DNA from: a virus
Lineage: Duplodnaviria; Caudoviricetes
DNA length: 63,947 bases
Virus record (IMG/VR): IMGVR_UViG_3300022602_000092
Location: 1 to 63,947 of that record
Reading direction: 5' to 3' (one strand)
Shown in pieces: positions 27,915 to 37,953 of this stretch. The position numbers and the translations under genes are program-made. Position 1 is the first letter of the stretch; each line of letters opens with the position of its first letter. The notes beneath the pieces are model-generated. The model was not told where the DNA came from and did not search any database. It saw only the letters and a program-made list of their open reading frames with translations.

Positions 27915-29050
27915 AGACTAAACCCTTTGAATGTATTGTCATCAACGTCCTGTTTGGTTCCGCCAATAACATAACTGGAGATTTCTGTTTCCTGGGGCGC
28001 TACTTGTACTTCGCTTCCTGCGATCCATTTTGCGGTCCAGGGCAGGGGATTGCTTCCGGGCTTGATACCACAGTCCAAATGCACAGCAGTCATACGCTTG
28101 CACATCAACCAGTCCACATATTGGCTTAGTAATTGTTCGTTAAGTCCAATCATACTACCGTCTTTGAACAAATAACGTGCCCAGTCTTTTTCCTGTTGGC
28201 CTGCACTCAAAAACATTTGTGTACATTCTGCCAGTGTTTCTTCACGTATGTCAGCATACATTGGATCATCCTGTGGCAATAGTTTTAGGGCAGTTTGTGT
28301 GAATCCTAGATGTATGTTTTCATCACGGCAAATGAGTTTAATAATCTTGGCATTGCCCTCCATCTTTTTAAGTTCGGCAAATGCCCAACTACAAGCAAAT
28401 GATACATAAAAGCGAATGCCTTCTAGTGCATTAACGCTATTGAGTGCTAACCATAATTTCTTTTTAAGATCACGTTCTGTGATTTCCACAGTCTTACCAT
28501 TCACTGTATGCTTACCGTAGCCCAACAATTGATAGTAGTGACTGGCTTCGATTAAGTCATCGTAATATTTAGAAATATCTTTAGCACAATTCACAATGGG
28601 CTCAATGTCAAGGATACTGTCAAATACTGCACCAGGATCACTATAAACATTACGGATAATATGTGTATAACTTCTGCTATGAATTGTTTCGTTAAATGCC
28701 CAAGTTGCTATCCAAGTTTCTAGTTCGGGAATAGTTGCCAGTGGCAAGAACGCTAGATTGGGACTGCGTCCCTGCACTGAATCTAATACGATTTGTCTTT
28801 TTAAATTACTAGTAAAAATGTGTTGTTCAAATGGTGTTAGGTCTTTGAAGTCTTTGGCATCACGTAGAGTGTCGACTTCGGTTGGCAACCAAAAAAATCC
28901 TAATTGTTTTTCCGTCAATTTTTCAAATTGCCTATATTTTAATGTTTCATATCTTTGTATATTAACAGGACCACTACTGTCTAAAAAAGCCAAGGCTTCA
29001 GTATGTTTTGTTTTTTTGTTAATATCAAATACGCTATTTGTGTTATTCAT
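27911..29050 (-). CDS. nrdB: Ribonucleotide reductase class Ia beta subunit
   Basis: FFW.P.E, LDS.Q, ETIHSRSY, EGIRFY, DENIH. Confidence 0.97.
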   Translation of the reverse strand: MNNTNSVFDINKKTKHTEALAFLDSSGPVNIQRYETLKYRQFEKLTEKQLGFFWLPTEVDTLRDAKDFKDLTPFEQHIFTSNLKRQIVLDSVQGRSPNLAFLPLATIPELETWIATWAFNETIHSRSYTHIIRNVYSDPGAVFDSILDIEPIVNCAKDISKYYDDLIEASHYYQLLGYGKHTVNGKTVEITERDLKKKLWLALNSVNALEGIRFYVSFACSWAFAELKKMEGNAKIIKLICRDENIHLGFTQTALKLLPQDDPMYADIREETLAECTQMFLSAGQQEKDWARYLFKDGSMIGLNEQLLSQYVDWLMCKRMTAVHLDCGIKPGSNPLPWTAKWIAGSEVQVAPQETEISSYVIGGTKQDVDDNTFKGFSL

Positions 29051-29051
29051 T

Positions 29052-29645
29052 TTATTCCTTATATTTTCCTGTCCAACCGTAAAATATACTATTTCGTGCA
29101 GGTTTTGACCCTTTCATGCATAATCTAACCATATGTTTCATTCTATCATAGTATTCTACGTTCCCAAATATTAGATTGCATACATCTTTTAAACATGCAC
29201 CCTCATATATATTATTGTTGTTATCTATTATTATCACTGGTTTAGCATTAGGATTTTCTGCGCCATACCTATGAACTCCGTACATACCATTTTCGTTTCC
29301 TTTGTGTGGTTTATGGTTAGGGTGTTTTTTGCCCCACATTGGATTTTTATTACCTTTATAGTTTGCCCCGTGGTGTCCGCCACCTGAATTGGGGCTTATA
29401 TTATAGAACATTGGATTTTCTGCTGCATTGTAAAAATCTAACCAATGTTTTTCTCTTTCTATTAATTTTTTAGGATCATCACAATGTTCTATAATTATTC
29501 TTTCAAAATTTTCTATTCCATATTTTTTTATTGCTCTTTTAAAATGTTTTCCAGATCCTATATAAGATGAACTTGGCTTTCCCTGGCACTTGCCTAAATA
29601 TTTTTTACCATCTAATTTATTTTCCCACATGTAGATAAATCCCAT
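29052..29645 (-). mobile_element. Free-standing GIY-YIG homing endonuclease (Seg-like)
   Basis: GFIY..YLG..YIGSG..F..AIKKYG.ENF; repeated GxxNPMxG DNA-binding modules; AT-rich; own TATAAATA and SD. Confidence 0.9.
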
Positions 29646-29693
29646 AAATTGTATCTCCTTTAAGTTATTTATACTACATTCACTTCTTCTGAA

Positions 29694-32000
29694 CTAGATC
29701 ACGCATGAATCGCAGTCCGCTTCATCAATTGCGGCTTGGGTAGTTGTTTCTTGTTTATTGAATGCCATAGTGTTAACATCTATTTCACCTTGTTGGTCGT
29801 TAGTGTTAAAATAATAGAGTTGCTTTATACCGTATTTGTAGCACAGGACCAGATGCTTGAGCATTTCACTCATGGGGATCTTTTCGTCTTCATAGAATCG
29901 GGGATTGTATGAAGTGTTGACACTGATGCCTTGGTCCATATATTTTTGAAATACTGCACAGATTTTTAAATAGCCTTCGGGTGATTTTTGATCCCATAAT
30001 AGTTCGTATCGATTTTTGAGTTTTCTAAATTCGGGTACTACTTGTTTTAATGCTCCATGCTTGCTTTGTTTTACACTCACATAACTTCTTGGTGGTTCAA
30101 AACCATTTGTTGCATTTGATATTTGTGCACTGGTTTCTGCTGGCATACCCGCCATTAGTGTTGCGTTACGAATGCCAGTGTCTAGGATCTGTTCTCTTAG
30201 TGCACGCCAGGGCATACGCTCTTGATGCGGAACCAATTCGTCAACTTCTCGTTTGTAAGTGTCAATGGGTAGTCTACCATCTGCATACTTTAGTTCTCGC
30301 CATTTTTCACAAGGACCCTGTTCCTTGGCCAAGTCTGCACTGGCTTTGATCAAATAATAACTCCATGCTTCGGCATATTCGTCTACCAGTGCTAGAGCCG
30401 CTGGATCACTATAACTGACTCCGTTCTTGGCCAGAAAGTAAGCAAGGTTAATAACACCAATGCCCAGGGGTCTAAATTCTCTTGTGCTTAACTCTGCGGC
30501 CAATACTGGATAGTTTTGATAGCTTAGTAATGCATCTAGTCCACGTACTGCCAACGTTGCCATTTTCTCAAAGTCTCGAGGAGATTTAACATTGCCCCAA
30601 TTTGCGGCACTTAGTGTACACAGTGCAATTCTACCTTCGGGATCGTTAATATCCTTTAGGGGACGTGTAGGCAAGTCAATCTCTGCACATAAATTGCTTT
30701 GCTTGATTGGATGCAGGTCTTCCATAAAGGGACTGTGAGTATTTGCATGGTCAATGTTTTGCAAATAGATACGCCCTGTGTCTTTGCGTTCCTGCATAAA
30801 CTTAGCAAACAACTCTGCGGCAGGGAAAGTCTTTTTGCGTAGTTTGGGATTACGCTCTGCTTTTTCATATAACTCTTTAAACTTGTCTTGATCGTTATAG
30901 AAAGCATCACGCATTTCCGGCACATCATGGGGGCTAAAACAGGTAATATTGCCACCTGAGATAAGTCTCTCATACATTAATTTGTTAAATTGTACACCAT
31001 AATCCATCTGGCGTACTCTGTTATCCTCTGTGCCCTTGTTGTTCTTTAACACCAACATGTCTTCAATTTCAAGATGCCATAAAGGATAATAAGCAGTGGC
31101 GGCACCATTGCGTACTCCACCCTGACTACAACTACGTGTAGCCGCTTGGAATAGTTTTAGGAAAGGAGTAATACCTGTGTGGTACGCATCTCCGCTACGT
31201 ATTGGTGATCCCAATGCTCTAATACTGCCAACGCCAAGGCCAATACCTGCTTTTTGACTCACATAGCGAACAATAGCACTGCTAGTCGCATTGATGCTGT
31301 CAAGACTGTCATCAGACTCAATAAGAACACAACTGGAGAATTGCTTTTGAGGTGTTCGCACGCCAGCCATAACAGGAGTAGGCAAACTAACATCGTAATT
31401 GGAAATAGCATCATAATAATCTCTAACCCATTGTAATCTTGTTTCTTGTGGATATTTTTGGAACAGTGTTGCGGCTATTAGCATGTATGCCATTTGTGGA
31501 GTTTCAAATATTTCTCCTGTGACACGATTTTGTACTAGGTACTTGCCACGCCATTGTTCCATTGCTACATAAGTAAACGTTTCATCACGCTCGTGCTTGA
31601 TGTGTGAGTTTAATGTGTTCCACTCTTCTTCTGTGTAGGCATTGATCAAATCTCGATCATAAAAACCATTGGCAGTATTCTTTTTAACCAGTTCGAGTAA
31701 AGTACAGGGCTTGTAGTCGTTGTAGACTTCTTTGCGTAAATGATAGTTGATAAGTCTACCAGCAACATATTGGTAGTTGGGAGTTTCTTCTGAGATCAAG
31801 TCTGCGGCACTTTTGATCAGTGTTTCTTGTATATCACTGGTTTTAATTCCGTTATAAAACTGTATGTGGCTTTTTATTTCTACTTCACTGGCACTAACTC
31901 CAGTTATGCCCTCTGTGGCCCAAATTACAACTTGATGTAATTTTTCTAGATTTAGTGGCTCTTTACTGCCGTCTCTTTTTGTGACTTGAATAGTTGTCAA
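29694..32000 (-). CDS. nrdA: Ribonucleotide reductase class Ia alpha subunit
   Basis: ATP cone VTKRDG, SSC, SNLCAEI, LYY, C-terminal CDSC. Confidence 0.97.
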   Translation of the reverse strand: MTTIQVTKRDGSKEPLNLEKLHQVVIWATEGITGVSASEVEIKSHIQFYNGIKTSDIQETLIKSAADLISEETPNYQYVAGRLINYHLRKEVYNDYKPCTLLELVKKNTANGFYDRDLINAYTEEEWNTLNSHIKHERDETFTYVAMEQWRGKYLVQNRVTGEIFETPQMAYMLIAATLFQKYPQETRLQWVRDYYDAISNYDVSLPTPVMAGVRTPQKQFSSCVLIESDDSLDSINATSSAIVRYVSQKAGIGLGVGSIRALGSPIRSGDAYHTGITPFLKLFQAATRSCSQGGVRNGAATAYYPLWHLEIEDMLVLKNNKGTEDNRVRQMDYGVQFNKLMYERLISGGNITCFSPHDVPEMRDAFYNDQDKFKELYEKAERNPKLRKKTFPAAELFAKFMQERKDTGRIYLQNIDHANTHSPFMEDLHPIKQSNLCAEIDLPTRPLKDINDPEGRIALCTLSAANWGNVKSPRDFEKMATLAVRGLDALLSYQNYPVLAAELSTREFRPLGIGVINLAYFLAKNGVSYSDPAALALVDEYAEAWSYYLIKASADLAKEQGPCEKWRELKYADGRLPIDTYKREVDELVPHQERMPWRALREQILDTGIRNATLMAGMPAETSAQISNATNGFEPPRSYVSVKQSKHGALKQVVPEFRKLKNRYELLWDQKSPEGYLKICAVFQKYMDQGISVNTSYNPRFYEDEKIPMSEMLKHLVLCYKYGIKQLYYFNTNDQQGEIDVNTMAFNKQETTTQAAIDEADCDSCVI

Positions 32001-32010
32001 TTGATACCTC

Positions 32011-32451
32011 TTATAATTTTAATTCTTCGCTACCGTAGCAACGTTTTAGTTTTAGTTTTTTGTTTATCGATTCAATATTTACGATTTTGTCATCCAGGAA
32101 ATTAATAACATATTTCCCTTCTACCAAAACAGATAAGTTATAGACGTATCCAGTTTCGGGATCATTATATATGTGTATTTGGGGTTTTAGATCAACGCCA
32201 TGTTTGCTAAAGTATAGAGTATACACTATTCCCAGGGCTCTTGCAAGATCACAATAGTAGTTTTCGGAAATAAGTTCCCAAGCCGATGGCCAGGATTCGG
32301 GATCTGCAGGATCCAAATAGTAGGGGTTGAATGGACATGATTGCCAAAAGTCCGCAGTAGATTGAACTGCATCGGCCAATGACATAGCGTCAAGGCTTTT
32401 TCGAAAAGCACGCCAGTGAGCCAAGCGCTCACTAGTTTCTAATTTCCACAT
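32011..32451 (-). CDS. Hypothetical protein
   Basis: Coupled ORF; WPSAWELI motif. Confidence 0.7.
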   Translation of the reverse strand: MWKLETSERLAHWRAFRKSLDAMSLADAVQSTADFWQSCPFNPYYLDPADPESWPSAWELISENYYCDLARALGIVYTLYFSKHGVDLKPQIHIYNDPETGYVYNLSVLVEGKYVINFLDDKIVNIESINKKLKLKRCYGSEELKL

Positions 32452-33011
32452 TAATAAAGGCTAGGTGTAAATGTAATTGTTGTTGCGGTTGTTGTTGTGT
32501 AGTACAGATTTGCGGCTGTGCCACCGGCATTGATAAAACTGAATACTATATCGCTGGTGCCTGTTTCAGTGTAATCATCTGTATAATTCACAGTTGATCC
32601 CAAGCGAGCCATTTTTAATGTGCCCACACGTTCTTGGGCGCCGTTTTGATTCAAATAGTATTTGATAACGGCTGTGCTGGTGCTGGCGGTGTATATATTT
32701 CCCGAACTAGAAGCATTTAATGACAATGAATATATTGTGGGGGAAACATTTGCAACAGTGTTGGACAATGTAGATACATTGGCAGCCAGGTTTGCCAAAT
32801 TGGATGAGAAGTTTAACGTGAACTCCAACATGGAATACTGTGTTAAAATCTCTGTGACTCCAGTTTCGGGAGCGCCTTCTGCGATTGTGCCGTTTCCAAT
32901 GTACAGTTGCTGGGTATCCACACTCCAGCCCATTTCCCCGCCGGCAAGTTGGGGGAGATCTTGATTCAGTCCTCTGCGAACTTGTATTTGTGATATTTGG
33001 ACGATTGCCAT
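32451..33011 (-). CDS. Virion protein with Mtd_N-like N-terminus
   Basis: IQVRRG..LPQLAGGEMGWSVDTQQLYIGNG; TAAATA upstream. Confidence 0.7.
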   Translation of the reverse strand: MAIVQISQIQVRRGLNQDLPQLAGGEMGWSVDTQQLYIGNGTIAEGAPETGVTEILTQYSMLEFTLNFSSNLANLAANVSTLSNTVANVSPTIYSLSLNASSSGNIYTASTSTAVIKYYLNQNGAQERVGTLKMARLGSTVNYTDDYTETGTSDIVFSFINAGGTAANLYYTTTTATTITFTPSLY

Positions 33012-33036
33012 TCTGAAACCTTACTCTATCTTGTAT

Positions 33037-33747
33037 TTAGTTTGTTAGATAATAGAGTTCTACTCGTTTCATCCACTCATCTGCCCAGTATTTGAATTCA
33101 TCGCCCTCGACCACGAACTCTAGATATTGTGGCTTGGAATAAGTGTTGTCTTCTAATAATTTGGGCTGGACTGCCATTAAAATTACGCCAGTTGATATAT
33201 TTGTACCGTGTGTTTCATTGTGTGCTGCCGCATAGGCCGCAAGTTGAATAAAATAATCGTCGATTTGTTTGCGAGTTTTGACTTTGTTGCTTTGTTTAAA
33301 ATCTAGGATAGCAGGCACGCCCTTCCACAAACCAATACAGTCTGTGGTGCCTGCGTACAATCCCTCGTAATACAGGGGCACTTCACACCCCCAAAACTCT
33401 GTTACATTGCACAAGCCTTCCAGTATAACCTGTGCTGCCATGAACCATGAGGGATGTGCATAGGGATTGGTGGGTAGGGGTTTCAAGTCATCACTGAGAA
33501 TGAATTGCTCAAGATAGGCATGCATACGTGTGCCACGATTAGCGGCTTCTGTAGTGATCGCTTGTGCTCGATCATGCCCAATTGCATTGCGCCAATTTTG
33601 TAGTGCCTCCATTTTTTCCGGAGGACTTGTTTTGCTTAAAATAGTTGTGACTGAGGGGACTTTACTACTATCGGGCAAACAATAAACTCTTTTTCCGTCT
33701 TCATTGGTTCTACTCAAAGGTGTATAGTTGTAGGGGCTTTTTATCAT
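33037..33747 (-). CDS. PD-(D/E)XK exonuclease
   Basis: PSVTTIL, RGTRMH, AGTTD, DFKQS, QLAAY. Confidence 0.85.
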   Translation of the reverse strand: MIKSPYNYTPLSRTNEDGKRVYCLPDSSKVPSVTTILSKTSPPEKMEALQNWRNAIGHDRAQAITTEAANRGTRMHAYLEQFILSDDLKPLPTNPYAHPSWFMAAQVILEGLCNVTEFWGCEVPLYYEGLYAGTTDCIGLWKGVPAILDFKQSNKVKTRKQIDDYFIQLAAYAAAHNETHGTNISTGVILMAVQPKLLEDNTYSKPQYLEFVVEGDEFKYWADEWMKRVELYYLTN

Positions 33748-33749
33748 TA

Positions 33750-33761
33750 TATAAATATTTA
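33750..33761. promoter_or_regulatory. Bidirectional late promoter palindrome
   Basis: TAAATATTTA (33752-61) gives TAAATA on both strands, 6 nt and 8 nt from divergent ATGs. Confidence 0.6.
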
Positions 33762-33763
33762 CT

Positions 33764-34837
33764 ATGGCTTCTTCAATTACTGTTCGTGGCAAATCCGAAT
33801 TCGATTTCACACAATTAAAGATTAATACACATTATAACATCATTGTGCATTGTGTGTGGGATCCATTTAACCACTTTGACACAGAGTTTGAGTTTTTAAA
33901 AGATCCCTCACTAGACTCCAATACTGTAGTTATCCTGTGGCATGCAGTGGAGCAGGGTTTTTTCCATCCCGAATGGATGAAAAAGTTAGACACAATAATA
34001 GAAGCGGCTCCATTTAAATTGGTGTATTTGACCGGATGCAGTCATAATATAAATGTCAGTAGGGTGTTTCCCTACAAATTTGATCTACGTTTCTTTCCCG
34101 TATTCGATATAAGAAGTGCACAAATATGGAACATAAACACCACACCGGGCCCACAACCACTGCAAATTGACAAAGCCAATAAGTTTATGTACATCAATGC
34201 CAAGCATTTGGATCACAGAAAATACATCCTGGGTGTGCTATTTGACAACAATTTAATCAATGATGGTGTGGTCACATATCAATGCTATGGAGACAGTCTC
34301 AGTCACGGACCACAATTTGAAATACCACGTGGGTTTACCAAGGCCCAATTGGCCGAAGCGGATCGTTTGTACAGTTTATGCGATCCCCATATTCCCATTA
34401 AAATAGACAACAGCGACTTTAGTGGGCATTTTCCTCGACACTATTACATGAACAGTTATGTGAATATTGTGGGAGAAACAGGCTTTATCAATGTGCCCTA
34501 TGGATTCAATACAAATTTCGTAAGTGAAAAAACATTCAATGCCATTGCCAACAATCAAATGTTTATCGTTAACGGGCAAGCAGGCAGTTTGGACTTGTTA
34601 AAGAGTCTGGGCTACAAAACATTCGATGGCGTAATAGATGAAACCTACGACACTGTTGTCAACAACGGCGCCAGACTTGAAGCATTGACCAAAGAAATAA
34701 CACGATATCTCTCCAAGCCTCTTGAAGCGATTCGAGAAGACTACATCAAAGTTCAAGACATTATTACGCACAATCGAGATTTGTTATTCAGTCAAAATTT
34801 AGAAGCACGCCTGCAGGCATTGGTCAATAGACTATGA
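33764..34837 (+). CDS. Glycosyltransferase family 10-like protein
   Basis: IVGET, SEKTFNAI, LKSLGYKTF..IDETYD. Confidence 0.55.
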   Translation: MASSITVRGKSEFDFTQLKINTHYNIIVHCVWDPFNHFDTEFEFLKDPSLDSNTVVILWHAVEQGFFHPEWMKKLDTIIEAAPFKLVYLTGCSHNINVSRVFPYKFDLRFFPVFDIRSAQIWNINTTPGPQPLQIDKANKFMYINAKHLDHRKYILGVLFDNNLINDGVVTYQCYGDSLSHGPQFEIPRGFTKAQLAEADRLYSLCDPHIPIKIDNSDFSGHFPRHYYMNSYVNIVGETGFINVPYGFNTNFVSEKTFNAIANNQMFIVNGQAGSLDLLKSLGYKTFDGVIDETYDTVVNNGARLEALTKEITRYLSKPLEAIREDYIKVQDIITHNRDLLFSQNLEARLQALVNRL

Positions 34838-35475
34838 TAGTGCTCAATTACTTTATCCCCTTTAGTTGCGGAAAGTTTGTATCCAGTTGCTTGATGTTTA
34901 GTGAGCAAACATATCCCATGATAGCCCGCGAAGAAATGTTTGCTCGACTGGTCAACGGATATGATCAAGGATGGGGATGGGGACACATTGAATACAATGA
35001 TTTGGACTTTTGGTGGGATGGTGGCAATGGTGATCCAGATTTCTTTCACAACTGGTTCAACAAACCCAATTGGCAACAATACCTAAGCCTCCGGGCTAAA
35101 GAAGCCCTAGAGGGAGATCGCTATGCTTTTTATACATGTCATGGATGGGGCATGGCACAAACAATGCAGAGCATATTTAAAAATTCAAAATTAATTTCCG
35201 TTGTTCCCGATTTGGATTTTGTATATAAAAATTATCAATTAAAGAAACCCCCAGATCCCTCCAAACATTTCCCCGCCTACGATCCGCGGGATAGTTTTAA
35301 TTTGTATAAAAAGAATGTGACTCCATTTTTATTCTATCAAAAGAATATATACAATGAAGCCGCTTTTAAAACAAATATACTGGCTCTTGCAGAACAATTG
35401 TCAATAGTACTGGACATGGACCAAGTACTAAAATACCGAGAAGCATACCTAGCAAATAAATTTAATCAAATATGA
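34834..35475 (+). CDS. Hypothetical protein (possible sulfotransferase/P-loop-like N-terminus)
   Basis: YFIPFSCGKFVSSCL; ATGA coupling. Confidence 0.55.
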   Translation: MIVLNYFIPFSCGKFVSSCLMFSEQTYPMIAREEMFARLVNGYDQGWGWGHIEYNDLDFWWDGGNGDPDFFHNWFNKPNWQQYLSLRAKEALEGDRYAFYTCHGWGMAQTMQSIFKNSKLISVVPDLDFVYKNYQLKKPPDPSKHFPAYDPRDSFNLYKKNVTPFLFYQKNIYNEAAFKTNILALAEQLSIVLDMDQVLKYREAYLANKFNQI

Positions 35476-36197
35476 ATATACTAATCAGCGGATGCAGTTT
35501 TACACAATGGCCCGAATCACCCGGAGGTGCCAATATATGTTGGCCACGTTATATCACCAAGCACAAGATCACTAATGTGGGCGAAGCGGCCGCAGGCAAT
35601 CAATATATTTGTGACAGTGTTATAAGAGCAGTATCACAAAACATGCCCGAACATGTGCTTGTGATGTGGAGCGGTGTTACCCGATTGGATTATTTGACCA
35701 GCCTTGAAGATCCTGCTTGGAATGAACTGTTTGACAGTTACGGATTTTATCGCAGAATACCCGGTGGCAAATTGGGCTATATTTTTAGTGGTGGACAAAT
35801 GGGCACTTGGTTTAAAAACCCCGTGGCACATAAAATGTTTTACGAGATGTATAAAGTCAGTAGTGAATTAAGTTTAGCCCATATCAACTTAATGGAAATA
35901 GTTAAACTGCAAAACTTTTTAAAATATAAAGGAATCCCCTATACTTTTATGAGTTATGTTAACTACTGGAATAGGCAGGATAATATAAGCCCAAATGGCG
36001 ATTTTGGTGTGCTAAAGTACCCAGAATTAGACTATTTGATACAGGAAATTGACTTTAAACCTTGGTTGTTTACTAACAATACTAGAGATGGTATTTACGA
36101 ACTGGCAAGGGAATTAAACAGTTTCCAACCCGATGGGTTTCATCCCGGCACCGAAGCCAATCAAAGATGGGCCGAACTAATTATGTCCTGTATTTGA
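35472..36197 (+). CDS. SGNH/GDSL-like hydrolase
   Basis: GCSFT, AAGN, VMWSG..R.D, DGFHP. Confidence 0.65.
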   Translation: MNILISGCSFTQWPESPGGANICWPRYITKHKITNVGEAAAGNQYICDSVIRAVSQNMPEHVLVMWSGVTRLDYLTSLEDPAWNELFDSYGFYRRIPGGKLGYIFSGGQMGTWFKNPVAHKMFYEMYKVSSELSLAHINLMEIVKLQNFLKYKGIPYTFMSYVNYWNRQDNISPNGDFGVLKYPELDYLIQEIDFKPWLFTNNTRDGIYELARELNSFQPDGFHPGTEANQRWAELIMSCI

Positions 36198-37249
36198 TTT
36201 GACGCATAACTGGTCCAGTCTGTGTTCATAATATGCTGATAATTATGTTCCAGAACATCTTGAATTTGTGGAATAATTGTTGCGGGATCTTGTTCACACA
36301 AATATTTTACCTGTGCAAATGCTTGGGTGTATCGTTCAGTGTCATCAATTATTAAATCATAACTTTCATCAATAACTGCGCCAAATGTTTTAAATCCCAA
36401 TTTGCGTAGGTTCGACAAGAATTTGTATCCGGTAAACGCAACAAACAAACGTCGTGCAATCATGGGCTTGGCTGTTTTTTCACTGTAAAAACTAAGTGTG
36501 TTGTCATGATCAGTTTCTGCGACAATACTGTAGTAGGTGTCGTTAAACACTTGTAGGGGAATTACTCTGCTTAATCCTGTATAAACTCCACAGTACATAA
36601 CAGGTCCCGCAGTTCCAGGTTGTTGATCTCCAATAACCTCTACACCAGATTCCCACACAAAATAATCTTTTGCATAAAATTCATTGTCATTCCATTGCCC
36701 ACCATAGGGGATAATAAATTTGTCAAACAAGTTGTTTTCTTTTACGCTATTATATACAAAATCTCTGTGTGGTTTGGGACTGCCCAATAGTGCATCAAAG
36801 CGCAGTGGTTTTGTGTCGTAGGGTTTTAGTTCTGAGAGTTTTTGTGGCAGTGCTTTATACAGTAGACTAGTAGTTTTGAACCAATCACCCCAAAACAAAA
36901 TATGACTGTTAATATCGTCCCGATCATTTACTGCTCCTGGTAATATCCAATATACGTTGTCATGATGACATTGCTCCCAAATACGCCAGTGAAAATTATG
37001 TAGTTCACTTTCAAACGTAAACACCAATTGGCTATGTTTGCTTAACTGATTTATTTTATCTTCAAATCCTTGGTAAGCGGTGCAATTGATGTCATGATCA
37101 CAATGCAATCTATGTGTTGTGAACGCAATCTTTACTGTATCATCACTGGCTATGTATTCTTCAAAACTGTGACAAAGAGTATAAGCGGGCAAACTAATTC
37201 TTGGTAACCATTCCAAGTCAATTACTTGACTGTCACTGTAAACTATCAT
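36161..37249 (-). CDS. Glycosyltransferase family 10-like protein
   Basis: SIVAET, SEKTAKPM, LRKLGFKTF..IDESYD. Confidence 0.55.
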   Translation of the reverse strand: MIVYSDSQVIDLEWLPRISLPAYTLCHSFEEYIASDDTVKIAFTTHRLHCDHDINCTAYQGFEDKINQLSKHSQLVFTFESELHNFHWRIWEQCHHDNVYWILPGAVNDRDDINSHILFWGDWFKTTSLLYKALPQKLSELKPYDTKPLRFDALLGSPKPHRDFVYNSVKENNLFDKFIIPYGGQWNDNEFYAKDYFVWESGVEVIGDQQPGTAGPVMYCGVYTGLSRVIPLQVFNDTYYSIVAETDHDNTLSFYSEKTAKPMIARRLFVAFTGYKFLSNLRKLGFKTFGAVIDESYDLIIDDTERYTQAFAQVKYLCEQDPATIIPQIQDVLEHNYQHIMNTDWTSYASNQIQDIISSAHL

Positions 37250-37569
37250 ACTCGAAAACTTTCTCCGCAACCACAACGGTCACGTTCATTGGGGTTGAGG
37301 AATTTAAATCCCTCGTTTAAACCTTCACGCACATAGTCCACAGTCATACCCGACAAATATACGTTACTCTTTTTATCTACTAAAACCACAAAGTCATTTT
37401 GTGCATAGTTGATTACATTGGGGTCATCTGTGTACGTATCCACGTATTCCAACACATAAGCAAGTCCACTACAACCTGTGGTTTTGACTCCAAGGCGAAT
37501 ACCAACGCCTCCGCGTTTTGATAAAAGTCGTTTTATTTTATTTGTAGCCGCCTGAGTCAGCAGAATCAT
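37246..37569 (-). CDS. iscA: Fe-S cluster assembly protein IscA/HesB family
   Basis: TTGCSGLAY, NPN..CGCGESF. Confidence 0.93.
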   Translation of the reverse strand: MILLTQAATNKIKRLLSKRGGVGIRLGVKTTGCSGLAYVLEYVDTYTDDPNVINYAQNDFVVLVDKKSNVYLSGMTVDYVREGLNEGFKFLNPNERDRCGCGESFRV

Positions 37570-37572
37570 TGA

Positions 37573-37893
37573 CTAATTTGGAACTAACGCCATCTTTTGT
37601 GTGTTAGTTTGCGGATCAGTGATTTGTTGCCAGTGATATCCAACTGGAGGTTGTGAGTATACTGGAGAAGGTTGTACTACCACTGGAGGTTGTGTATAAA
37701 CAACACTGGGCTGTTCAACAACCACAGTATTTGGGCGGGCTAGTTCATATCCAATAACTCCGCCCACAACTGCTGGGGCGACCCATCCGTAGGGATGATA
37801 ATAACCGCCACCATGATAATAACCACGATAGCAACATGCCTCTGCTGAAGCGAATGCTGATAATAACGCTAATGCTAAAACGAGTTTTTTCAT
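37573..37893 (-). CDS. Secreted Pro/Val-rich small protein
   Basis: Signal peptide, GWVAPAVVGGVIGY, QPPV repeats; AAGGAG SD. Confidence 0.75.
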   Translation of the reverse strand: MKKLVLALALLSAFASAEACCYRGYYHGGGYYHPYGWVAPAVVGGVIGYELARPNTVVVEQPSVVYTQPPVVVQPSPVYSQPPVGYHWQQITDPQTNTQKMALVPN

Positions 37894-37915
37894 GTTATTT
37901 CTCCTTATGTACTAT

Positions 37916-37944
37916 ATTATACAATAATTATCGAAACGTGTCAA
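37916..37944 (-). promoter_or_regulatory. Consensus sigma70 promoter
   Basis: TTGACA-N17-TATAAT. Confidence 0.85.
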
Positions 37945-37953
37945 ATCCTGGAA

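Noticed and set aside
27911-32000. Introns or inteins in nrdA/nrdB
   Set aside because: Both ORFs are continuous and of normal length
33037-33747. Cas4-like nuclease suggesting CRISPR-Cas
   Set aside because: No repeat-spacer array or other cas genes seen; lacks the Fe-S Cys cluster; typical standalone phage exonuclease
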